Source of the DNA: Candidatus Aminicenantes bacterium
GTDB taxonomy: Bacteria > Acidobacteriota > Aminicenantia > UBA2199
Reading direction: 5' to 3'
Assembly (NCBI GenBank): GCA_963822075.1
Contig: CAWGGP010000001.1
Span: 83,328 to 147,327, forward strand
Length of the DNA: 64,000 nt
A program made the position numbers and the translations under genes. Below the pieces are notes generated by a model. It ran no database searches. It had not been told where the DNA came from and was given only the letters and a program-made list of their open reading frames with translations. Below, piece by piece: positions 10,333-19,575 of the stretch; the first letter of the stretch is position 1, and each line of letters opens with the position of its first letter.

Positions 10333-11607
10333 ATGAAAAAGGCCCTGGCGTTCTTTTTGCTCTACATCCCCTTCTGGCTGGGCGCCGAGATCTATACCCT
10401 GCACATCGAAGGGCCGATCGATGCGCTCATGGAAGAATACGCGGTGAATTCGCTGCAGCAGATCCGCCAAAAAGGGGATGCCCGCCTGGTCATCATCGCC
10501 ATCGACACCCCGGGCGGCTTCGACACGTCGATGCGGGCCATCATCAAGTCCATGCTGGGCCTGGGCGTCCCGGTCGTGGCCTATGTTTCCCCCGAAGGCG
10601 CTCGCGCCGCGTCGGCGGGATTCTTCATCCTGCTCGCCGCCGACATCGCCGCCATGGCGCCGGGGACCAATACCGGCGCTGCCCATCCCGTCTCGGTCAC
10701 CGGCAGCGACATCGAGAAGACCATGAAGGAAAAGATCACCAACGACGCCGTTTCCTACGTCAAGGCCCTGGCCAGGAAACGCCAGCGCAACATGGAAATG
10801 GCGGAAAAGGCCGTGCGCGAAAGCCAGTCCTACACGGCCGAGGAATGCCTGAAGAACGGCCTGATCGACCTGGTCGCCGCCAGCACCAAGGAACTGATCG
10901 CGCGCCTGCAGGGAAAGGTCATTCCCCTGGCCGACGGCGGCTCCATTACCCTGGACCTGCGCCGGGAAAAGATCGTCCCCCTGGAAATGAGCGAAAGGCA
11001 GAAATTCCTGCGCACGATCACCAACCCCAACCTGGCGTATTTCCTGCTCATCTTCGGCCTGATCGGCCTGTTCCTCGAGTTCACCCACCCGGGCGTGGTG
11101 ATCCCCGGCATCCTGGGCGGCATATCGCTGCTCCTCGCTTTCCTGGCCTTCCAGGTGCTGCCGATCAATTATGTCGGGTTGTTCCTGATCCTCCTCTCCA
11201 TCGGCTTTTTCGTCGCCGAGATCAAGGTCCAGGGTTTCGGCATGCTGGGGGTGGGGGGGATCATCTCGTTCGTCCTGGGATCGCTCATGCTGATCAATTC
11301 ACCCATCCCGGAAATGAGGCCGGCCATGCCCATGATCATCACCTTCGCCGTCTGTTTCGCCGCTATTTTCCTGTTCCTGACCTGGAAGGTTTTCCAGGCC
11401 ATGAAGCGCCGGCGCGAGACCGGCGTGGAGGGGATCATCGGCGAGACCGGCGTGGCCAGGACCGACATCGACGGCCTCCGGGGCAAGGTCTTCGTCCACG
11501 GCGAGTGGTGGAACGCGGTCGCCGACGGCCTGATCCCGGCCGGCAGCCGGATCCAGGTGGAGGCCGTGAACAATCTGGTTCTGAAAGTAAAACGCTCAGG
11601 AGGGTAA
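10333..11607 (+). CDS. NfeD-family membrane-bound ClpP-class protease
   Basis: Real part of ORF 9322-11607, starting [11 protein letters not shown] (signal). Has a ClpP-like IAIDTPGG region, a multi-TM middle and a C-terminal NfeD OB segment [11 protein letters not shown]. Confidence 0.85.
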   Translation: MKKALAFFLLYIPFWLGAEIYTLHIEGPIDALMEEYAVNSLQQIRQKGDARLVIIAIDTPGGFDTSMRAIIKSMLGLGVPVVAYVSPEGARAASAGFFILLAADIAAMAPGTNTGAAHPVSVTGSDIEKTMKEKITNDAVSYVKALARKRQRNMEMAEKAVRESQSYTAEECLKNGLIDLVAASTKELIARLQGKVIPLADGGSITLDLRREKIVPLEMSERQKFLRTITNPNLAYFLLIFGLIGLFLEFTHPGVVIPGILGGISLLLAFLAFQVLPINYVGLFLILLSIGFFVAEIKVQGFGMLGVGGIISFVLGSLMLINSPIPEMRPAMPMIITFAVCFAAIFLFLTWKVFQAMKRRRETGVEGIIGETGVARTDIDGLRGKVFVHGEWWNAVADGLIPAGSRIQVEAVNNLVLKVKRSGG

Positions 11608-11608
11608 A

Positions 11609-12367
11609 ATGAACAATATGTTCGCCAATCCGCTGCTCATCGTGGCCATCGTCGCCATATTTTTTATCTTGAGCTGGATCAAGGTATTGAAGGAATACGA
11701 ACGGGGCATCGTCTTCCGCCTGGGCCGGGTCCTGGACAAGCCCAAGGGCCCGGGGCTGATCCTGGTCCTCTCACCCGTCGACAAGCTGATCCGCATCGGC
11801 CTGCGCACCATCGTCCTGGACGTGCCGCCGCAGGACGTCATCACCCGCGACAACGTCTCGGTCAAGGTGAACGCCGTGGTCTACTTCCGGGTGATCGATC
11901 CCAAGAAGGCGGTCATCGAGGTCCAGGACTACCTGTACGCCACCTCGCAGATGTCGCAGACCACGCTGCGCTCGGTTTTGGGCCAGGCGGAGCTGGACGA
12001 GCTGCTTTCCGAGCGGGACAAGCTGAACTCGCGGCTGCAGACGATCATCGACGAGCACACCGATCCCTGGGGCATCAAGGTCTCCATGGTGGAGATCAAG
12101 CACGTCGACCTGCCCCAGGAAATGCAGCGGGCCATGGCCAAGCAGGCCGAGGCCGAACGCGAACGGCGGGCCAAGATCATCCACGCCGAGGGCGAGCAGC
12201 AGGCGTCGGCCAAGCTTTTGGAAGCGGCCAACACCATGTCCCAGAACCCCTCGACCATCCAGCTGCGCTACCTGCAGACCCTGGTCGAGATCGGGTCGGA
12301 AAATTCGTCCACCATCGTCTTCCCCATGCCCATCGACCTGATGAAAGGATTGTTCGAAAAAAAGTAA
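11609..12367 (+). CDS. SPFH/band-7 (stomatin-like, slipin) protein
   Basis: [12 protein letters not shown] and the following prohibitin-homology sequence. Starts 2 nt after the nfeD stop, the classic NfeD-stomatin pairing. Confidence 0.9.
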   Translation: MNNMFANPLLIVAIVAIFFILSWIKVLKEYERGIVFRLGRVLDKPKGPGLILVLSPVDKLIRIGLRTIVLDVPPQDVITRDNVSVKVNAVVYFRVIDPKKAVIEVQDYLYATSQMSQTTLRSVLGQAELDELLSERDKLNSRLQTIIDEHTDPWGIKVSMVEIKHVDLPQEMQRAMAKQAEAERERRAKIIHAEGEQQASAKLLEAANTMSQNPSTIQLRYLQTLVEIGSENSSTIVFPMPIDLMKGLFEKK

Positions 12368-12921
12368 ATGGAAAAAACCTATTTTGAGATCAAGATCACC
12401 TTCGTGCACATCGTCGTCTTCCTGATCGCGGTCATCGCCATCGGCATCTTTCTCTTTTACATGGGCTACCAGGCCGGCCAGCGCCGGGCCGACCCACGGA
12501 CGGCGATCGCCAACGAGCCGGCCGCGGCGGACGCCGCCGGCCCCGAGGAATTGCGCATCGTCGACGAAAAGCCCATCCAGACGGTCCCGGCCAAAGCCGG
12601 GCCCGAGAAGACCATCCCCGAAGAGATGAAATTGCACCAGGAACTGGCGGATAAGGTGCGCCGGCGCTGCCGCAGAAAAAGAGCGGGTTCGAAGCCAACT
12701 ATACCATCCAGGTGGGAGCCTTCGCCGATTTTGCCAACGCCCAGAAGTGCAGCAAGAAATTCACCAGCCTCGGCTACCAGGCCGCGATCATCACCGATAA
12801 CCAGAAAAAACTGCACACCGTCCAGGTGGGCAGTTTCGCCACCGTCGCCGCCGCCCAGGTGGAGAAGGCCAAGCTGGAGAGCCTGGAGAAGACGAAATTC
12901 ACAATCAAAAAAGCGCACTGA
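12368..12921 (+). CDS. membrane-anchored SPOR-domain protein, interrupted by a 1-nt frame disruption near 12655-12670
   Basis: Frame 2 gives the N-terminal TM helix and linker. Frame 1 is open from 12655 and gives GFEANYTIQVGAFADFANAQK...VQVGSF, a typical SPOR domain ending at 12921. Frame 2 beyond about 12660 is Arg/Pro-rich nonsense. Confidence 0.75.
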
Positions 12922-13016
12922 ATCCTTTTCGTTTTCTCCTGTGGCCGGCCGCCGCCGTCGCTTTCGGCTGCAGCTTTCCGAAGCCGCAGCTGGGCGGCCT
13001 GGCCTTCGTTTTCCTG

Positions 13017-14423
13017 GTGCCGCTGCTGCTGGCGCTCGAGGGGAAAAAACCGGCCGCCGTTTTCCGGACCGTGTTTTGCTTTTCGGCCGTCTCCTACCTG
13101 ATCATCCTGTACTGGATCCCCAGGGTGATGGTCCAATACGGCGGCACCTCCTGGCCCCTGGGCATCATCGGCCTGGTTTGCCTGGCCGCGTACCTATCGC
13201 TCATTTCCGGGCTGGCGGGGATCGGCATCGGCGCCATCGCGGCCGCCGGCGTGGATTATTGGGCCGTGCTCTGGATCCCGGCGCTCTGGATCGCCAAGGA
13301 CCTGGCCACGGAAAAGATCATCGGCGGCTTTCCCTGGTGTTTGGCCGGCTATTCCCAATACAATAACACCTATTTCGCCCAAGCGGCGGAGATCGGCGGC
13401 ATCCACCTGGTCACCTTCCTGGTCATCGCCGTCAACGTGCTTATTTTCAAAGCGGTCAAAACCAGGGACGGGAAACCCCTGCTGGCACTGCTGGCCCTGT
13501 TCGCCGCCGTCTATGGCGGTGGTTACGGCCTTATAAAAAGCCACGACGCCCACAGCGCTTCCATCCCCCTGCACCGGGCCGGGATCATCCAGCCCGACAG
13601 CGACCACGACCAGGCCTTTGATTTCGGCCGGATCCGGGTCACCCTGGAAGACCTTTTCAGGACATCTCGGCAATTGCGGCAGGGCGGGGCCGAGTTCGTG
13701 GTCTGGCCCGAGTTCACCGTGCCGATCTACCCGCTGCAGACCCCTTATTTCAAGAAGCAGTTCCTGGATTTCAGCCGGGAAACCGCCCCGCTGCTGGCCG
13801 GGTTCACCGATTACGGCGGCAAGGAAAAAGTCTTCAATTCGGCCATCCTTTTCCAGGGCGGGGCGGTGCAAAAATACGACAAGGTGCACCTGGCCCCCTT
13901 CGGGGAGTATGTCCTCTTCCGGCGCTGGCTCTTTTTCGTTAAAAAGATCACCGACGAGATCGGCGACTTCACTCCCGGTGCAAGCATCCATAACCTCGAC
14001 CTGGGCGGCCACCCGCTCTCCACCCCGATCTGTTACGAAGTCATCTATCCCGAGCTGGTCCGCGCCATGATCGCCCGGGGCGGAGAAGTGATCGTCACCC
14101 TGTCCAACGATTCCTGGTTCGGCGCTTCATCGGCGCCCTACCAGCACCTGGCCATGGCGGTATTCCGCAGCATCGAGAACCGCCGCTGGCTGTTGCGCTC
14201 GACCTCCAACGGCATTTCGGCCCTGGTCGATCCCGCCGGGCGCATCCTCTATCAGTCGCCCCTGCACGAGCCCGACCTCTTTTTAGCCTCATTTCAGTAC
14301 CTTAAGCATAAGACCAAATTCACCCGCTGGGGCTATCTTTTCCCCTACGCCTGCCTTCTTTTGGCCCTGGCCAAACTCTCATGGCTGATCGGCGGGAGAA
14401 TATACCGGCGCCGCCGGTCCTGA
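13017..14423 (+). CDS. lnt: apolipoprotein N-acyltransferase (5' end probably extends upstream of 13017)
   Basis: Polytopic N-terminal part plus a CN-hydrolase domain with the E-K-C triad contexts VVWPEFTVP, KVHLAPFGEY and TPICYEVIYPE. Lnt-like hydrophobic sequence continues in frame back to 12921 without an ATG, GTG or TTG. Confidence 0.85.
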   Translation: MPLLLALEGKKPAAVFRTVFCFSAVSYLIILYWIPRVMVQYGGTSWPLGIIGLVCLAAYLSLISGLAGIGIGAIAAAGVDYWAVLWIPALWIAKDLATEKIIGGFPWCLAGYSQYNNTYFAQAAEIGGIHLVTFLVIAVNVLIFKAVKTRDGKPLLALLALFAAVYGGGYGLIKSHDAHSASIPLHRAGIIQPDSDHDQAFDFGRIRVTLEDLFRTSRQLRQGGAEFVVWPEFTVPIYPLQTPYFKKQFLDFSRETAPLLAGFTDYGGKEKVFNSAILFQGGAVQKYDKVHLAPFGEYVLFRRWLFFVKKITDEIGDFTPGASIHNLDLGGHPLSTPICYEVIYPELVRAMIARGGEVIVTLSNDSWFGASSAPYQHLAMAVFRSIENRRWLLRSTSNGISALVDPAGRILYQSPLHEPDLFLASFQYLKHKTKFTRWGYLFPYACLLLALAKLSWLIGGRIYRRRRS

Positions 14424-14478
14424 AAACAGAAAAACTCGTCGTCCCGTCCCCAAGTTGAAAAATCGGCAATAATTTCGA

Positions 14479-14500
14479 TTCCCAAATTATAAATTGGGAA
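14479..14500. promoter_or_regulatory. near-perfect 22-bp palindrome upstream of the paralogue cluster
   Basis: TTCCCAAATTATAAATTGGGAA: 7-bp arms TTCCCAA/TTGGGAA around an AT core, in the 80-nt gap after lnt. Could be an operator or a hairpin; function is unknown. Confidence 0.25.
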
Positions 14501-14503
14501 GAT

Positions 14504-14929
14504 TTGTCGGGAATAATCCATAGAATTGGTTGTATGATCGACACCGGCAAGAAAAGATCGCCAGGCGATAAGATGGCCTTCGGGCCGCCGCCCGACATTC
14601 GCGGGAAGTGGCTCCTGCAAATAGACGACCCGGGCCAGTCTCCAGCCAGGCTTGAATTGTACGTTTTATTTTCCGGGACGCAGATCGGCAGAAGATTCGA
14701 AGTGCTCGCCGATCCGCATAACCCGGAATTGCGGCATTGGTTCGGGTCCATCGGCGAATACCGGGTCTCGTCGACCCTGGCCGTCCTGAAGATCGAAGTC
14801 GGGGACGAATTGTATTACTTTAACGGAAGCATCAATTCCGGTAATACGATTTCGGGCAACTACAGCTATGAAACCGGAGACCCTCCCCGGCGCCGCCATG
14901 GTCCCTGGACCGCTACCCGGATCGAATAG
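14504..14929 (+). CDS. hypothetical protein, paralogue 1 of a ~110-aa PPD[IM][RH]GKW...G.W.A.RI[EK] domain family (no signal peptide)
   Basis: PPDIRGKWLLQ...ISGNYSYETGDPPRRRHGPWTATRIE aligns by eye with the C-termini of the next two genes. The start is uncertain (TTG 14504 or ATG 14534). Confidence 0.6.
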   Translation: MSGIIHRIGCMIDTGKKRSPGDKMAFGPPPDIRGKWLLQIDDPGQSPARLELYVLFSGTQIGRRFEVLADPHNPELRHWFGSIGEYRVSSTLAVLKIEVGDELYYFNGSINSGNTISGNYSYETGDPPRRRHGPWTATRIE

Positions 14930-14941
14930 GGAAGGACAATC

Positions 14942-15439
14942 ATGAAAAAGACAATCAGGAAATGGTTGGCGGGGGGGATGGCGATCGCGTTCACCTGGCT
15001 GGCGATAGGAGCCGTTTCGCCGGGTCGGCTCAAGGCCGGGTCCACGAGCCATGCAGCGGAGCAGTCCATCGAGGAGCCGCCCGACGAATGGCCTCCCGAC
15101 ATGCACGGGAAATGGCGCCTGTTCATAAAGGAAGCGGATGAAGTCCAGGCAAAACCCAAATTACTGATCTCGTTGTCCGGGGAAAAATTGAACGGCGAGA
15201 CCAAAGTGATCGATGATCCGCGCAATCCCTATTGGTCGTGGTGGTGGGGGGCGACCGGCAAATACGAGATCTCATCAAGCCAGATAAAGCTGTACATATA
15301 TGACGGCGGCGAGGAATCATTTAATTTGCATGGCACCATCATGTCCAGTGATTCCATAACCGGAAGCTATTCGTATTGGGTCAGTGATCCGCCATTTATC
15401 GACAGCCAAGGTACCTGGATCGCGATCCGGATAGAATAG
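14942..15439 (+). CDS. hypothetical secreted protein, paralogue 2 of the same domain family
   Basis: The N-terminal hydrophobic signal MKKTIRKWLAGGMAIAFTWLAIGA is followed by PPDMHGKWRLF...ITGSYSYWVSDPPFIDSQGTWIAIRIE. Confidence 0.7.
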   Translation: MKKTIRKWLAGGMAIAFTWLAIGAVSPGRLKAGSTSHAAEQSIEEPPDEWPPDMHGKWRLFIKEADEVQAKPKLLISLSGEKLNGETKVIDDPRNPYWSWWWGATGKYEISSSQIKLYIYDGGEESFNLHGTIMSSDSITGSYSYWVSDPPFIDSQGTWIAIRIE

Positions 15440-15451
15440 AGGCGGACGACC

Positions 15452-16726
15452 GTGAAAAAGCCAATGCGCAAATGGACCGCAGCCTGGATGACCATCGCTT
15501 TCACCTGGTTGGCCATGGGAATTATTTCTCCTCGCCAACTTAAAGCTGTGACCGCGAAAGCGGAAAACGCTGCCTCCACGATCGAAGCAGCGAAAGAGGG
15601 AAATTCTGAAACCAGCTCTTTCGAAAAAGAGGAAACAATCCCGGAGATCGTCAAAAAGAAAAAGTTCCCCTGGCTCTGGGTGGCCGCGGGAGTCGTGGTG
15701 GCCGGCGTCATCGTCTATTTCACACTGATCAAAAAGCCGAAATATGATCTTACCGTAGAATTGGGAGCCGGTGTCACCGGCACTCCGGCAGCAGGCAAGT
15801 ATACTTATAAAAAAGGGAAACAAATCGCCTATAACTTTTCTTCCATCGATGGTTTTAAGAACCTGATAGTTCTATTTGATGGATTGAATGCCGCTTCCTC
15901 CGGCACCATTGTCATGGACAAAGCCCATAGCCTGAAAGCAACGGCTGCACAGATGGCTAATTACAGCCTGATTGTGAAAACCAATGCGGGAGTCAGCGGA
16001 TCCCCGGCAGCCGGCATTTTTCAATATCGAGAAGGGACCGCAATCCCGTACAATTATGCAGTTGCCGAGGGCTTTAAAGACCTGACTGTTCTTTTGGACG
16101 GGAAAACAACCGCCGCATCCGGCACCATCATCATGGACCAATCCCATAGTTTAGAGGCGACGGCCATAAAGAATGACGAGTACATTCTGGTCGTGGATAC
16201 AGATGCCGGGGTCTTCGGGACCCCGATTGCCGGCACGTATATTTATATAAAGGGAACCGCCGTTTCATATCAATATACAGTTACAAATGGGGTCCCATTT
16301 GCCAGATTGGATGGCAGTCCTGTACTTCCATCCGGCATGCTCAAGATGAAAGCGAACCATGTTTTAAAAATATCACTGGGAACTCAACCCGATATTCGTG
16401 GAAAATGGCACTTGTTGCTTAAAGGAGAATATGGGAATTATCACTCTCCACTTAATCTTTCATTTTCAGGAGGACAAACAATTGGAACATATGAAGTGCT
16501 CGAAGATCCGACAGATATCGGATGGGAAGACTTTTGGGGAGTTACAGGAACATACGAAATTTCTTCAACTCTGGTAACATTCTTAGGAATCGGTGATGGC
16601 ACAACCAATTATAACTTTCATGGCACTTTCACATCGGAAAACTCCATTTCAGGTACTTTTTATTGTCATGGGGATGTACCATTTTATAACGACCATGGCA
16701 CCTGGACCGCAACCAGGATCAAATAG
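15452..16726 (+). CDS. hypothetical protein, paralogue 3: signal-like N-terminus, second hydrophobic helix, three ~70-aa repeats, then the shared C-terminal domain
   Basis: The signal MKKPMRKWTAAWMTIAFTWLAMG is similar to paralogue 2. A hydrophobic helix FPWLWVAAGVVVAGVIVYFTLI follows. The C-terminus reads QPDIRGKWHLL...ISGTFYCHGDVPFYNDHGTWTATRIK. Confidence 0.75.
   Translation: MKKPMRKWTAAWMTIAFTWLAMGIISPRQLKAVTAKAENAASTIEAAKEGNSETSSFEKEETIPEIVKKKKFPWLWVAAGVVVAGVIVYFTLIKKPKYDLTVELGAGVTGTPAAGKYTYKKGKQIAYNFSSIDGFKNLIVLFDGLNAASSGTIVMDKAHSLKATAAQMANYSLIVKTNAGVSGSPAAGIFQYREGTAIPYNYAVAEGFKDLTVLLDGKTTAASGTIIMDQSHSLEATAIKNDEYILVVDTDAGVFGTPIAGTYIYIKGTAVSYQYTVTNGVPFARLDGSPVLPSGMLKMKANHVLKISLGTQPDIRGKWHLLLKGEYGNYHSPLNLSFSGGQTIGTYEVLEDPTDIGWEDFWGVTGTYEISSTLVTFLGIGDGTTNYNFHGTFTSENSISGTFYCHGDVPFYNDHGTWTATRIK
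15743..16384 (+). repeat. three tandem protein-level repeats (~70 aa each) inside paralogue 3
   Basis: The three units are YDLTVELGAGVTGTPAAGKYTYKKGKQIAYNF...GTIVMDKAHSLKATA, YSLIVKTNAGVSGSPAAGIFQYREGTAIPYNY...GTIIMDQSHSLEATA and YILVVDTDAGVFGTPIAGTYIYIKGTAVSYQY. The spacing resembles divergent InlB B-repeat-type modules; this is unverified. Confidence 0.6.
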
Positions 16727-16744
16727 AAACGAAGGAAATCGATC

Positions 16745-18218
16745 CTACCAGCCCTGGAGATCGTAGAAAAAATCGCCGCTCGAGCCGATCACGGCAAAGC
16801 GGTCATTGGGCACTTTGATCTTGCGGGAAATCCCCATGTAGTAGTTCAGGCTGAAGAGGGGGAGCAGGGGCAGCGAATCCAGCCACAGGTCGTGGGCGCG
16901 CTCATAGATCTTGCGGCGCTTGTCCGGGTCCATCTCCCGCATGCCTTCATCCAGGACCGCGTCCATGCGCGCATCGGAATAGCCGGCATAATTGAAGTAG
17001 CCGGGGGTGGCCAGGATGTCCTTCATGTTCCAGTCCATGTCCAGGAGAAAGGCGGAGACGGCCAGGTCGAAATTCCCCTGCTTCAAATACTTCAGGAACG
17101 TCTGGTACTCGACGAAGACGGGTTCGAGCTCGATGCCGCTCCCCTTCATCTCCTCGCACATGAACAGGACCAGCTGCTTGCGCAGCTCGGATTCGCTGTT
17201 GGCCAGGATCCTGAATGTGGGCCGCCCGGCAACGGCGACGGCCGGGAGCGGCCGCGCGCTCTTCTCCTTCCCGAACAGCAGGAACGGGGAGAACACCCTT
17301 TCGCCCGCCCCATCCAGGAAATCGTCCAGGAAACGGCCGGCCAGCAGCCGGTTGTAAAAGACCCGGCGCAGGTTCCGTGTCGAGGCCGGGATTTTTCAGG
17401 TTGAACACCAGGTAGGTATAGCCGAATTTCCTGTACGGCAGCAGCTGAAAGCTCTCCCGCCAGGCTTTCGCCCGGGCATAGGTTTTGGCGTCGTCGCCCT
17501 GGATCTCGACCGCGTCGATCTCGGCGTTCAGAAGTTTCAATGGCGCCTGCCTGGGCTCGGCCAGCACGGAATAGCGGATCGCGGCGAAACGTTGCGGCCG
17601 TGGCCAGTAAGGGTTTTTCTCGAGCTCGAATCCCCGGGGTTCCTGCACGGTCGCCAGGCGGTAGGGGCCGCTGCCCCGGGGGACGAAGCCACGGAATTTA
17701 TCGGGGGCGATATTTTCGATCTCGGCGGCGCACAGGACCTTGAAGGCCAGGTAATTCTTCCAGGGGGCGAAATCCTCCTTCAGGAGCAGGCGCAGGCTGA
17801 GCGGGCCGGTAGCCTCGATCTTCTCCAGGAAGTCCAGGTCGGACAGATAGGGATATTCGCAAAGCGGGTTTTTCAGCAGGGCGACGGTGGCGACGACGTC
17901 GCGGCTGCCCAAGGCCGAGCCGTCGGCGAAGCGGGCCCCTTTTTTCAACGTGAGCGAGATCTCCCGGGCACCGCCGCCGCGGGAAAAGCGCTCGACCAAT
18001 TCAGGTCGGATATTCCCCTGGCGGTCGAAACAAAACAGGGACTGGTAGATCTTGTTCGCCACCGCCTGCGCGGTCTCGCCGGTGGCGTATACCGGGTTGA
18101 AGGAGCGGGGAAAGTCGAAGCAGGCGATGCGCAGGGTTTGTTTTTCCGCGGCGCCGAGAAGGAGCGGCAGAAGAAAAAGAAAACCCAAGCGGCGCCGGAA
18201 GCGAAGCAAGCAGGTCAA
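16745..18218 (-). CDS. ABC transporter substrate-binding protein, family 5 (peptide/nickel type), with a 1-nt frame disruption near 17381-17396; orphan (no adjacent permease or ATPase)
   Basis: The N-terminal part lies in the frame of ORF 16947-19040, from TTG 18218 (signal TCLLRFRRRLGFLFLLPLLLGAAE) to ...YLVFNLKNPG. It continues in the frame of ORF 16745-17296 as STRNLRRVFYNRLLAGRFLDDFLDGAGERVFSPF... Confidence 0.75.
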
Positions 18219-18259
18219 TTGCGGCGCCCGGGCGGATGCGCCGGCGACGGGAAAGGCAT

Positions 18260-18493
18260 TTATTTTACCAGGCGGACCTCGGCGATCTCCGGGACCTCCT
18301 GCTTCATCACCTGCTCCACGTAGCCCTTGATGGTGTACATGCTCATGGGGCAGCCGAAGCAATGGCCTTTCAGCCTGACCAGGACCGCTTTTTCCTCGGG
18401 CAGCACGTCGACCAATTCGATGTCGCCGCCGTCCCCCTGCAGGGCCGGCCGGACCTTTTCTATCACGGCGATCACTTTTTCCTTTAGCTCCAT
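18260..18493 (-). CDS. NifU-like (Nfu-type) Fe-S cluster scaffold domain protein
   Basis: 77 aa with IEKVRPALQGDGGDIELV and the CxxC segment GHCFGCPMS. Confidence 0.8.
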   Translation of the reverse strand: MELKEKVIAVIEKVRPALQGDGGDIELVDVLPEEKAVLVRLKGHCFGCPMSMYTIKGYVEQVMKQEVPEIAEVRLVK

Positions 18494-18502
18494 GATGGCT
18501 CC

Positions 18503-19417
18503 TTACCCGTATTTTAGCATTTCGCGCAGCGCCTTGCCAGCCCGCTCCATGACCGCCGGGTCGATCTCGATGGCATACTTGTCCTGGTTGAGGGAGTCGT
18601 AAACGTCCTTGAGCGCGGTCCGTTTCATGTTGCTGCAGATCTTCGGGTAGCCGGCGGGAATGAATTCCTTTCCCGGGTTTTCCCGCTTCATCCTCTGCAG
18701 CAGGCCCTGTTCCGTGGCCACGATGAATTCCCGCGCCCGGGAGTTCCTGACGTAGCCCAGCATGCCGCTGGTGGAGAGGACCTCGTCGGCGAGGGCCCTG
18801 ACCTCGGGCCGCACTTCCGGGTGGACGATGACCACCGCCTTCGGGTAACGGGCCCGCGCGGACTCGATCTCCTGCTTCTGGAAGCGGCTGTGGACATAGC
18901 AGAAGCCTGCGAACAGATGCAGCTTTTTTTCTGGCACCATTTCCTGCACGTAGCTCCCCAGGTTCTCGTCGGGAACGAAAATGACCTCGGCGGCCGGAAT
19001 GTTCTTCACCACCTGGACGGCGTTGGCCGACGTGCAGCACACGTCGCTTTCCGCCTTGATCTCCACCGATGAATTCACGTAGGTGACGACCATGGCCAGC
19101 GGGTGGCGGGACTTCATCTCAAGCAGGTCCTCCACGGTGATCATGTCGGCCATGGGGCAGCCGGCGTCAAGGCGTGTCAGCAGGACCTTTTTGGCCGGCG
19201 AGAGGATCTTGGCGGTCTCGGCCATGAATTTCACGCCGGCGAACACGATGACCTCCTGGCTCAAGGTCGCCGCCTTCCGGCTCAGCTCCAGGGAGTCGCC
19301 CAGGAAATCGGCGACAAGCTGGACCTCCTCGACCTGGTAATTGTGGGCCAGGATGACGGCGTTCCGGCGCCGCTTCAACTCGAGTATCCGGGCCGGCAAA
19401 TCGTTGGCTTCGTTCAT
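18503..19417 (-). CDS. nadA: quinolinate synthase
   Basis: VILAHNYQ, VKFMAETAKIL and CCTSANAV motifs. Start trimmed to the ATG at 19417 (MNEANDL), giving about 304 aa. Confidence 0.88.
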   Translation of the reverse strand: MNEANDLPARILELKRRRNAVILAHNYQVEEVQLVADFLGDSLELSRKAATLSQEVIVFAGVKFMAETAKILSPAKKVLLTRLDAGCPMADMITVEDLLEMKSRHPLAMVVTYVNSSVEIKAESDVCCTSANAVQVVKNIPAAEVIFVPDENLGSYVQEMVPEKKLHLFAGFCYVHSRFQKQEIESARARYPKAVVIVHPEVRPEVRALADEVLSTSGMLGYVRNSRAREFIVATEQGLLQRMKRENPGKEFIPAGYPKICSNMKRTALKDVYDSLNQDKYAIEIDPAVMERAGKALREMLKYG

Positions 19418-19430
19418 GGCACTGCTGGGG

Positions 19431-19459
19431 ATTGTAACCGTTTTTCCCCGGGCGGTCAA
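19431..19459 (-). promoter_or_regulatory. candidate promoter of nadA
   Basis: Minus strand reads TTGACC-17 nt-TACAAT, then 13 nt to the ATG at 19417 with no Shine-Dalgarno. Confidence 0.5.
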
Positions 19460-19575
19460 ATCACCTGCCGGGCGGGACCCCGGGCGGCCGGTCGCGGCAA
19501 AATTTTCAAAAACCCGCATACGGAAAAGACGTATTTATTGTATAATGGTGTTACACCGGCCGGTGGAGAAAAAGC

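Noticed and set aside
14504-16726. Diversity-generating retroelement or other hypervariation system acting on the paralogous C-terminal domains
   Set aside because: No reverse transcriptase gene and no nucleotide-level template repeat are visible nearby. The paralogues differ throughout rather than at adenine-specific positions.
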